Below, piece by piece: positions 1 to 10,950 of a stretch of 64,000 bases of DNA. The notes beneath the pieces are model-generated. The model had not been told where the DNA came from and did no database searches. It worked only from the letters and a program-made list of their open reading frames with translations. Source of the stretch: Antedon mediterranea. Lineage: Eukaryota; Animalia; Echinodermata. Made by a program: the position numbers and the translations under genes. Where the stretch lies: positions 21,903,317-21,967,316 of the forward strand of contig NC_092671.1 of the NCBI RefSeq assembly GCF_964355755.1, read 5' to 3'. Every line of letters begins with the position of its first letter. Position 1 is the first letter of the stretch.

Positions 1-399
1 TAACCAAGTTTCATCGAAATGCACAAAATTGTCTAAAACGTCTCCAAATGCGATTTGAAGCTATTCTGTAAACTTTGGTGTTTTTATGTTAACAAGTTTT
101 TTCGAAAATCACAAAATGGTCTACAACGTCTCCAAATGCGATTTGAAGCTATTCTAAGTACTTTGGTGTTTTTATATTAACAAGTTTTTTCGAAAATCAC
201 AAAATGGTCTAAAACGTCTCCAAATGCGATTTGAAGCTATTCTGTACACTTTGGTGTTTTGTGTGAAAAAGTTTTGTCGAAATGCTCAAAATGGTTTAAA
301 ACGTTTTTAAATACGATATTAAGCTATTTTGTGCTCTTTGATGTTTTTGTGTGAAATGTGTTATCGAAATGCTCAAAATGGTCTAAAATGGTTTATAAT

Positions 400-2120
400 G
401 TGATTTTATCCACTTTGATGTTTTTGTGTAACCAAGTTTTTTCGAAAATCACAAATTGGTCTAAAACGTCTCCAAATGCGATTTGAAGCTATTCTAAGCA
501 CTTTGGTGTTTTTATGTTAACAAGTTGTTTTCGAAAATCACAAAATGGTCTAAAACGTCTCCAAATGCGATTGGAAGCTATTCTTAGCACTTTGATGTTT
601 TTATGTTAACAAGTTTTTTCGAAAATCACAAAATGGTCTAAAATGTCTCCAAATGCGATTTGAAGGTATTCTAAGCACTTTGGTGTTTTTATGTTAACAA
701 GTTTTTTCGAAAATCACAAAATGGTCTAAATTGTCTCCATATGCGATTTGAAGCTATTCTTAGCAGTTTGGTGTTTTTATGTTAAAAAGTTTTTTTCGAA
801 AATCACAAAATGGTCTAAAACGTCTCCAAATGCGATTTGAAGCTATTCTAAGCACTTTGATGTTTTTGTGTGAAAAGTGTTATCGAAATGCTCAAAATGG
901 TCTAAAACGGTTTATAATGTGATTTTAACCACTTTGATGATTTTGTGTAACCAAGTTTTTTCGAAAATCACTAATTGGTCTAAAATGTCTCCAAATTCGA
1001 TTTGAAGCTATTCTTAGCACTTTGATGTTTTTATGTTAACAAGTTTTTTCGAAAATCACAAAATGGTCTAAAACGTCTCCAAATGCGATTTGAAGCTATT
1101 CTAAGCACTTTGGTGTTTTGTGTGAAAAAGTTTTGTCGAAATGCTCAAAATGGTCTAAAACGTTTTTAAATACGATATTAAGCTATATTGTGGTCTTTGA
1201 TGTTTTTGTGTGAAAAGTGTTATCGATATGCTCAAAATGGTCTAAAACGGGTTATAATGTGATTTTATCCACTTTGATGTTTTTGTGTAACCAAGTTTTT
1301 TCGAAAATCACAAATTGGTCTAAAACGTCTCCAAATGCGATTTGAAGCTATTCTAAGCACTTTGGTGTTTTTATGTTAACAAGTTGTTTTCGAAAATCAC
1401 AAAATGGTCTAAAACGTCTCCAAATGCGATTGGAAGCTATTCTTAGCACTTTGATGTTTTTATGTTAACAAGTTTTTTCGAAAATCACAAAATGGTCTAA
1501 AATGTCTCCAAATGCGATTTGAAGGTATTCTAAGCACTTTGGTGTTTTTATGTTAACAAGTTTTTTCGAAAATCACAAAATGGTCTAAATTGTCTCCATA
1601 TGCGATTTGAAGCTATTCTTAGCAGTTTGGTGTTTTTATGTTAAAAAGTTTTTTTCGAAAATCACAAAATGGTCTAAAACGTCTCCAAATGCGATTTGAA
1701 GCTATTCTAAGCACTTTGATGTTTTTGTGTGAAAAGTGTTATCGAAATGCTCAAAATGGTCTAAAACGGTTTATAATGTGATTTTAACCACTTTGATGTT
1801 TTTGTGTAACGAAGTTTTTTCGAAAATCACTAATTGGTCTAAAATGTCTCCAAATGCGATTTGAAGCTATTCTTAGCACTTTGATGTTTTTATGTTAACA
1901 AGTTTTTTCGAAAATCACAAAATGGTCTAAAACGTCTCCAAATGCGATTTGAAGCTATTCTAAGCACTTTGGTGTTTTGTGTGAAAAAGTTTTGTCGAAA
2001 TGCTCAAAATGGTCTAAAACGTTTTTAAATAAGATATTAAGCTATATTGTGCTCTTTGATGTTTTTGTGTGAAAAGTGTTATCGATATGCTCAAAATGGT
2101 CTAAAACGGTTTATAATGTG
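400..2120 (+). repeat. 859-bp (10-monomer) higher-order repeat, about two tandem copies; similar pairs near 28.3-30.0 kb and 47.3-49.0 kb
   Basis: Marker AAGTTGTTTTCG at 522 and 1381. The same 859-bp spacing is seen at 28382/29241 and 47411/48270. Confidence 0.85.
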
Positions 2121-5100
2121 ATTTTAAGCACTTTGATGTTTTTGCGTAACCAAGTTTCATCGAAATGCACAAATTGGTCTAAAACGTCTCCAAATGCGAT
2201 TTGAAGCTATTCTAATCACTTTGGTGTTTTTGTGTTAACAAGTTTTTTCGAAAATCACAAAATGGTCTAAAACGTCTCCAAATGTGATTTGAAGCTATTC
2301 TAAACATTTTGGTGTTTTTATGTTAACAAGTTTTTTCGAAAATCACAAAATGGTCTAAAACGTCTCCAAATGCGATTTGAAGCTATTCTAAGCACTTTGG
2401 TGTTTTTATGTTAACAAGTTTTTTCGAAAATCACAAAATGGTCTAAAACGTCTCCTAATGCGATTTGAAGCTATTCTAAGCACTTTGGTGTTTTTATGTT
2501 AACAAGTTTTTTCGAAAATCACAAAATGGTCTAAAACGTCTCCAAATGCGATTTGAAGCTATTCTGTACACTTTGATGTTTTTATGTTAACAAGTTTTTT
2601 GGAAAATCACAAAATGGTCTAAAACGTCTCCAAATGCGATTTGAAGGTATTCTAAGCACTTTGGTGTTTTTATGTTAACAAGTTTTTTCGAAAATCACAA
2701 AATGGTCTAAAACGTCTCCAAATGCGATTTGAAGCTATTCTAAACATTTTGGTGTTTTTATGTTAACAAGTTTTTTCGAAAATAACAAAATGGTCTAAAA
2801 CGTCTCCTAATGCGATTTGAAGCTATTCTAAGCACTTTGGTGTTTTTATGTTAACAAGTTTTTTCGAAAATCACAAAATGGTCTAAAACGTCTCCAAATG
2901 CGATTTGAAGCTAATCTGTACACTTTGATGTTTTTATGTTAACAAGTTTTTTCGAAAATCACAAAATGGTCTAAAACGTCTCCAAATGCGATTTGAAGGT
3001 ATTCTAAGCACTTTGGTGTTTTGTGTGAAAAAGTTTTGTCGAAAATCACAAAATGGTCTAAAACGTCTCCAAATGCGATTTGAAGCTATTCTAAGCACTT
3101 TGGTGTTTTGTGTAAAAAGTTTTATCGATATGCTCAAAATGGTCTAAAACTGTTTATAATGTGATTATTACTTTGATGTTTTTGCGTAACCAAGTTTCAT
3201 CGAAATGCACAAAATGGTCTAAAACGTCTCCAAATGCGATTTGAAGCTATTCTAATCACTTTGGTGTTTTTATGTTAACAAGTTTTTTCGAAAATCACAA
3301 AATGGTCTAAAACGTCTCCAAATGCGATTTGAAGCTATTCTAATCACTTTGGTGTTTTTGTGTTAACAAGTTTTTTCGAAAATCACAAAATGGTCTAAAA
3401 CGTCTCCAAATGCGATTTGAAGCTATTCTAAACATTTTGGTGTTTTTATGTTAACAAGTTTTTTCGAAAATTACAAAATGGTCTAAAACGTCTTCAAATG
3501 CGATTTGAAGCTATTCTAAGCACTTTGGTGTTTTTATGTTAACAAGTTTTTTCGAAAATCCCAAAATGGTCTAAAACGTCTCCAAATGCGATTTGAAGCT
3601 TTTCTAAACACTTTGGTGTTTTGTGTGAAAAAGTTTTGTCGAAATGCTCAAAATGGTTTAAAACGTTTTTAAATACGATATTAAGCTATTTTGTGCTCTT
3701 TGATGTTTTTGTGTGAAATGTGTTATCGAAATGCTCAAAATGGTCTAAAACGGTTTATAATGTGCTTTTATCCACTTTGATGTTTTTGTGTAACCAAGTT
3801 TTTTCGAAAATCACAAATTGGTCTAAAACGTCTCCAAATGCGATTTGAAGCTATTCTAAGCACTTTGGTGTTTTTATGTTAACAAGTTTTTTCGAAAATC
3901 ACAAAATGGTCTTAAACGTCTCCAAATGCGATTTGAAGGTATTCTAAGCACTTTGGTGTTTTTATGTTAACAAGTTTTTTCGAAAATCACAAAATGGTCT
4001 AAATTGTCTCCATATGCGATTTGAAGCTATTCTTAGCACTTTGGTGTTTTTATGTTAACAAGTTTTTTCGAAAATCACAAAATGGTCTAAATTGTCTCCA
4101 TATGCGATTTGAAGCTATTCTTAGAAGTTTGGTGTTTTTATGTTAAAAAGTTTTTTTCGAAAATCACAAAATGGTCTAAAACGTCTCCAAATGCGATTTG
4201 AAGCTATTCTAAACATTTTGGTGTTTTTATGTTAACAAGTTTTTTCGAAAATCACAAAATGGTTTAAAACGTCTCCAAATGCGATTTGAAGCTATTCTAA
4301 GCACTTTGGTGTTTTTATGTTAACAAGTTTTTTCGAAAATCACAAAATGGTCTAAAACGTCTCCAAATGCGATTTGAAGCTATTCTGTACACTTTGATGT
4401 TTTTATGTTAACAAGTTTTTTCGAAAATCACAAAATGGTCTAAAACGTCTCCCAATGCGATTTGAAGCTATTCTAAGCACTTTGGTGTTTTTATGTTAAC
4501 AAGTTTTTTCGAAAATCACAAAATTGTCTAAAACGTCTCCAAAAGCGATTTGAAGCTATTCTGTAAACTTTGATGTTTTTATGTTAACAAGTTTTTTCGA
4601 AAATCACAAAATTGTCTAAAACGTCTCCAAATGCGATTTTAAGGTATTCTAAGCACTTTGGTGTTTTGTGTGAAAAAGTTTTGTCGAAATGCTCAAAATG
4701 GTCTAAAACGTTTTTAAATAGGATATTAAGCTATATTGTGCCCTTTGATGTTTTTGTGTGAAAAGTGTTATCGAAATGCTCAAATGGTCTAAAACGGTTT
4801 ATAACGTGATTTTAAGCACTTTGATGTTTTTGTGTAACCAAGTTTCATCGAAATGCACAAAATGGTCTAAAACGTCTCCAAATGCGATTTGAAGCTATTC
4901 TAAGAACTTTGGTGTTTTTATGTTAACAAGTTTTTTTGAAAATTACAAAATGGTCTAAAACGTCTCCAAATGCGATTTGAAGCTATTCTAAGCACTTTGG
5001 TGTTTTTATGTTAACAAGTTTTTTCAAAAATCCCAAAATGGTCTAAAACGTCTCCAAATGCGATTTGAAGCTTTTCTAAACACTTTGGTGTTTTTATGTT

Positions 5101-5854
5101 AACAAGTTTTTTCGAAAATCACAAAATGGTCTAAAACGTCTCCAAATGCGATTTGAAGCTATTTTAAGAACTTTGGTGTTTTTATGTTAACAAGTTTTTT
5201 CGAAAATCACAAAATGGTCTAAAACGTCTCCAAATGCGATTTGAAGCTATTCTAAGCACTTTGGTGTTTTTATGTTAACAAGTTTTTTCGAAAATCACAA
5301 AATGGTCTAAAACGTCTCCCAATGCGATTTGAAGCTATTCTAAGCACTTTGGTGTTTTTATGTTAACAAGTTTTTTCGAAAATCACAAAATTGTCTAAAA
5401 CGTCTCCAAATGCGATTTGAAGCTATTCTGTAAACTTTGATGTTTTTATGTTAACAAGTTTTTTCGAAAATCACAAAATTGTCTAAAACGTCTCCAAATG
5501 CGATTTGAAGGTATTCTAAGCACTTTGGTGTTTTGTGTGAAAAAGTTTTGTCGAAATGCTCAAAATGGTCTAAAACGTTTTTAAATAGGATATTAAGCTA
5601 TATTGTGAACTTTGATGTTTTTGTGTGAAAAGTGTTATCGAAATGCTCAAATGGTCTAAAACGGTTTATAATGTGATTTTAAGCACTTTGATGTTTTTGT
5701 GTAACCAAGTTTCATCGAAATGCACAAAATGGTCTAAAACGTCTCCAAATGCGATTTGAAGCTATTCTAAGAACTTTGGTGTTTTTATGTTAACAAGTTT
5801 TTTTGAAAATTACAAAATGGTCTAAAACGTCTCCAAATGCGATTTGAAGCTATT

Positions 5855-6207
5855 ATTTATTTATTTATTTTTATTTTATTTTATGTCTTTAGGCACTGTG
5901 GCCAAGGATTACCAATAGTGAATTAATCACTGTCCTATCAGATAGGTGGTAATCCCCCTGATACAGAGGCTATTGTGTGAACCAGTTCACCGGGGTAACC
6001 CCCTACTCTTTTTCGAATAATGAACTGGGTTCTTTAAAGTACACACATGTTATAACTGTGTACACTGGACCTACGGTTTATAGTCCTTATCCGAGAAGAC
6101 TTGTTCCACCACCAGAACTAGGAGCGAGTCGGCCTCGAACCCTTGCCGATGTTGTTGTTGGCTCTTTAGGTACGATAAACGGCGCCCCTGCCTTAACCGC
6201 TCGGCCA
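5855..6207 (-). mobile_element. tRNA-derived SINE (353 bp), probable Deu/Nin-core superfamily, copy 1
   Basis: The minus strand begins TGGCCGAGCGGTTAAGGC (A box, Leu/Ser-tRNA-like D arm) and has B box GGTTCGAGGCC. The central GTCTTCTCGGATAAGGACTATAAACCGTAGGTCC...TAAAGAACCC...TTCGAAAAAGAGTAGGGGGTTACCCCGGTG resembles the Deu/Nin domain as I recall it (not searched). It ends in a (TAAAA/TAAA)n tail and is flanked by TATT at 5851-5854 and 6208-6211. Confidence 0.9.
6131..6207 (-). promoter_or_regulatory. Internal RNA Pol III type-2 promoter of SINE copy 1 (A box 6197-6207, B box 6131-6141)
   Basis: TGGCCGAGCGG fits TRGCNNAGYGG and GGTTCGAGGCC fits GGTTCGANNCC; the boxes are 55 nt apart. Activity is not demonstrated. 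Confidence 0.8.
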
Positions 6208-7094
6208 TATTCTAAGCACTTTGGTGTTTTTATGTTAACAAGTTTTTTCGAAAATCCCAAAATGGTCTAAAACGTCTCCAAATGCGATTTGAAGCTTTTC
6301 TAAACAATTTGGTGTTTTTATGTTAACAAGTTTTTTCGAAAATCACAAAATGGTCTAAAACGTCTCCAAATGCGATTTGAAGCTATTTTAAGAACTTTGT
6401 TTTTTTTATGTTAACAAGTTTTTTCGAAAATCACAAAATGGTCTAAAACGTCTCCAAATGCGATTTGAAGCTATTCTAAGCACTTTGGTGTTTTTATGTT
6501 AACAAGTTTTTTCGAAAATCACAAAATGGTCTAAAACGTCTCCTAATGCGATTTGAAGCTATTCTAAGCACTTTGGTGTTTTTATGTTAACAAGTTTTTT
6601 CGAAAATCACAAAATGGTCTAAAACGTCTCCAAATGCGATTTGAAGCTATTCTAAGCACTTTGGTGTTTTTATGTTAACAAGTTTTTTCGAAAATCACAA
6701 AATGGTCTAAAACGTCTCCAAATGCGATTTGAAGCTATTCTGTACACTTTGATGTTTTTATGTTAACAAGTTTTTTCGAAAATCACAAAATGGTCTAAAA
6801 CGTCTCCAAATGCGATTTGAAGGTATTCTAAGCACTTTGGTGTTTTGTGTGAAAAAGTTTTGTCGAAAATCACAAAATGGTCTAAAACGTCTCCAAATGC
6901 GATTTGAAGCTATTCTAAGCACTTTGGTGTTTTGTGTAAAAAGTGTTATCGATATGCTCAAAATGGTCTAAAACGGTTTATAATGTGATTTTAAGCACTT
7001 TGATGTTTTTGCGTAACCAAGTTTCATCGAAATGCACAAAATGGTCTAAAACGTCTCCAAATGCGATTTGAAGCTATTCTAATCACTTTGGTGT

Positions 7095-8310
7095 TTTTAT
7101 GTTAACAAGTTTTTTCGAAAATCACAAAATGGTCTAAAACGTCTCCAAATGCGATTGGAAGCTATTCTTAGCACTTTGATGTTTTTATGTTAACAAGTTT
7201 TTTCGAAAATCACAAAATGGTCTAAAATGTCTCCAAATGCGATTTGAAGGTATTCTAAGCACTTTGGTGTTTTTATGTTAACAAGTTTTTTCGAAAATCA
7301 CAAAATGGTCTAAATTGTCTCCATATGCGATTTGAAGCTATTCTTAGCAGTTTGGTGTTTTTATGTTAAAAAGTTTTTTTCGAAAATCACAAAATGGTCT
7401 AAAACGTCTCCAAATGCGATTTGAAGCTATTCTAAGCACTTTGATGTTTTTGTGTGAAAAGTGTTATCGAAATGCTCAAAATGGTCTAAAACGGTTTATA
7501 ATGTGATTTTAACCACTTTGATGTTTTTGTGTAACCAAGTTTTTTCGAAAATCACTAATTGGTCTAAAATGTCTCCAAATTCGATTTGAAGCTATTCTTA
7601 GCACTTTGATGTTTTTATGTTAACAAGTTTTTTCGAAAATCACAAAATGGTCTAAAACGTCTCCAAATGCGATTTGAAGCTATTCTAAGAACTTTGGTGT
7701 TTTTATGTTAACAAGTTGTTTTCGAAAATCACAAAATGGTCTAAAACGTCTACAAATGCGATTGGAAGCTATTCTTAGCACTTTGATGTTTTTATGTTAA
7801 CAAGTTTTTTCGAAAATCACAAAATGGTCTAAAATGTCTCCAAATGCGATTTGAAGGTATTCTAAGCACTTTGGTGTTTTTATGTTAACAAGTTTTTTCG
7901 AAAATCACAAAATGGTCTAAATTGTCTCCATATGCGATTTGAAGCTATTCTTAGCAGTTTGGTGTTTTTATGTTAAAAAGTTTTTTTCGAAAATCACAAA
8001 ATGGTCTAAAACGTCTCCAAATGCGATTTGAAGCTATTCTAAGCACTTTGATGTTTTTGTGTGAAAAGTGTTATCGAAATGCTCAAAATGGTCTAAAACG
8101 GTTTATAATGTGATTTTAACCACTTTGATGTTTTTGTGTAACCAAGTTTTTTCGAAAATCACTAATTGGTCTAAAATGTCTCCAAATTCGATTTGAAACT
8201 ATTCTTAGCACTTTGATGTTTTTATGTTAACAAGTTTTTTCGAAAATCACAAAATGGTCTAAAACGTCTCCAAATGCGATTTGAAGCTATTCTAAGCACT
8301 TTGGTGTTTT
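7095..8310 (+). repeat. 607-bp (7-monomer) tandem duplication
   Basis: Marker ATTGGAAGC at 7154 and 7761, with the same variant order. Also present in the duplicated blocks. Confidence 0.75.
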
Positions 8311-9976
8311 GTGTGAAAAAGTTTTGTCGAAATGCTCAAAATGGTCTAAAACGTTTTTAAATACGATATTAAGCTATATTGTGCTCTTTGATGTTTTTGT
8401 GTGAAAAGTGTTATCGATATGCTCAAAATGGTCTAAAACGGTTTATAATGTGATTTTAAGCACTTTGATGTTTTTGCGTAACCAAGTTTCATCGAAATGC
8501 ACAAAATGGTCTAAAACGTCTCCAAATGCGATTTGAAGCTATTCTAATCACTTTGGTGTTTTTGTGTTAACAAGTTTTTTCGAAAATCACAAAATGGTCT
8601 AAAACGTCTCCAAATGCGATTTGAAGCTATTCTAAACATTTTGGTGTTTTTATGTTAACAAGTTTTTTCGAAAATCACAAAATGGTCTAAAACGTCTCCA
8701 AATGCGATTTGAAGCTATTCTAAGCACTTTGGTGTTTTTATGTTAACAAGTTTTTTCGAAAATCACAAAATGGTCTAAAACGTCTCCTAATGCGATTTGA
8801 AGCTATTCTAAGCACTTTGGTGTTTTTATGTTAACAAGTTTTTTCGAAAATCACAAAATGGTCTAAAACGTCTCCAAATGCGATTTGAAGCTATTCTGTA
8901 CACTTTGATGTTTTTATGTTAACAAGTTTTTTCGAAAATCACAAAATGGTCTAAAACGTCTCCAAATGCGATTTGAAGGTATTCTAAGCACTTTGGTGTT
9001 TTGTGTGAAAAAGTTTTGTCGAAAATCACAAAATGGTCTAAAACGTCTCCAAATGCGATTTGAAGCTATTCTAAGCACTTTGGTGTTTTGTGTAAAAAGT
9101 TTTATGGATATGCTCAAAATGGTCTAAAACGGTTTATAATGTGATTTTAAGCACATTGATGTTTTTGCGTAACCAAGTTTCATCGAAATGCACAAAATGG
9201 TCTAAAACGTCTCCAAATGCGATTTGAAGCTATTCTAATCACTTTGGTGTTTTTATGTTAACAAGTTTTTTCGAAAATCACAAAATGGTCTAAAACGTCT
9301 CCAAATGCGATTTGAAGCTATTCTAATCACTTTGGTGTTTTTATGTTAACAAGTTTTTTCGAAAATCACAAAATGGTCTAAAACGTCTCCAAATGCGATT
9401 TGAAGCTATTTTAATCACTTTGGTGTTTTTGTGTTAACAAGTTTTTTCGAAAATCACAAAATGGTCTAAAACGTCTCCAAATGCGATTTGAAGCTATTCT
9501 AAACATTTTGGTGTTTTTATGTTAACAAGTTTTTTCGAAAATCACAAAATGGTTTAAAACGTCTCCAAATGCGATTTGAAGCTATTCTAAGTACTTTGGT
9601 GTTTTTATATTAACAAGTTTTTTCGAAAATCACAAAATGGTCTAAAACGTCTCCAAATGCGATTTGAAGCTATTCTAAGCAATTTGGTGTTTTTATGTTA
9701 ACAAGTTTTTTTCGAAAATCACAAAATGGTCTAAAACGTCTCCAAATGCGATTTGAAGCTATTCTGTACACTTTGATGTTTTTATGTTAACAAGTTTTTT
9801 CGAAAATCACAAAATGGTCTAAAACGTCTCCTAATGCGATTTGAAGCTATTGTAAGCACTTTGGTGTTTTTATGTTAACAAGTTTTTTCGAAAATCACAA
9901 AATGGTCTAAAACGTTTTTAAATACGATATTAAGCTATTCTGTACACTTTGGTGTTTTGTGTGAAAAAGTTTTGTC

Positions 9977-10950
9977 GAAATGCTCAAAATGGTCTAAAAC
10001 GTTTTTAAATACGATATTAACCTATTTTATGCTCTTTGATGTTTTTGTGTGAAAAGTGTTATCGAAATGCTCAAAATGGTCTAAAACGGTTTTATAATGT
10101 GATTTTAAGCACTTTGATGTTTTTGTGTAACCAAGTTTTTTCGAAAATCACAAATTGGTCTAAAATGTCTCCAAATGCGATTTGAAGCTATTCTTAGCAC
10201 TTTGGTGTTTTTATGTTAACAAGTTTTTTCGAAAATCACAAATTGGTCTAAAATGTCTCCAAATGCGATTTGAAGCTATTCTGTACACTTTGGTGTTTTA
10301 TGTTAACAAGTTTTTTCGAAAATCACAAAATGTTCTAAAACGTTTCCAAATACGATATTAAGCTATTTTGTGCTCTTTGATGTTTTTGGGTAAAAAATTT
10401 TATCGATATGCTCAAAATGGTCTAAAACGGTTTATAATGTGATTTTAAGCACTTTGATGTTTTTGCGTAACCAAGTTTCATCGAAATGCTCAAAATGGTC
10501 TAAAACGTTTTTAAATACGATATTAACCTATTTTATGCTCTTTGATGTTTTTGTGTGAAAAGTGTTATCGAAATGCTCAAAATGGTCTAACACGGTTTTA
10601 TAATGTGATTTTAAGCACTTTGATGTTTTTGTGTAACCAAGTTTTTTCGAAAATCACAAATTGGTCTAAAATGTCTCCAAATGCGATTTGAAGCTATTCT
10701 TAGCACTTTGGTGTTTTTATGTTAACAAGTTTTTTCGAAAATCACAAATTGGTCTAAAATGTCTCCAAATGCGATTTGAAGCTATTCTGTACACTTTGGT
10801 GTTTTATGTTAACAAGTTTTTTCGAAAATCACAAAATGTTCTAAAACGTTTCCAAATACGATATTAAGCTATTTTGTGCTCTTTGATGTTTTTGTGTAAA
10901 AAATTTTATCGATATGCTCAAAATGGTCTAAAACGGTTTATAATGTGATT
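9977..10950 (+). repeat. 506-bp (6-monomer) tandem duplication of more divergent monomers
   Basis: Marker CCTATTTTATGCTC at 10021 and 10527. AATGTTCTAAAACGTTTCC and AAAATTTTATCG each occur twice. Repeated near 20.1-21.0 kb and 61.8-62.7 kb. Confidence 0.8.

Noticed and set aside
5101-5188. CENP-B box in the monomer
   Set aside because: Only TTCG matches; the downstream A..CGGG positions are absent.
5904-5957. Hammerhead ribozyme in the three-way junction
   Set aside because: The minus strand has CUGAUAG rather than CUGANGA, it lies within a hairpin, and the GAAA core is absent.
6003-6020. TTTTTCGAA shared between the SINE core and the satellite, suggesting the satellite derives from the SINE
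   Set aside because: It is only about 9 bp of low-complexity match with no extension.
6121-6207. Functional tRNA gene
   Set aside because: The 5' acceptor strand is missing, there is no clear anticodon arm, the T arm is irregular, and it is followed by a SINE body and tail.
5977-6270. 97-aa ORF (also at 16063 and 58004)
   Set aside because: It has a GTG start, is antisense to the SINE and runs into satellite sequence, with no recognisable domain.
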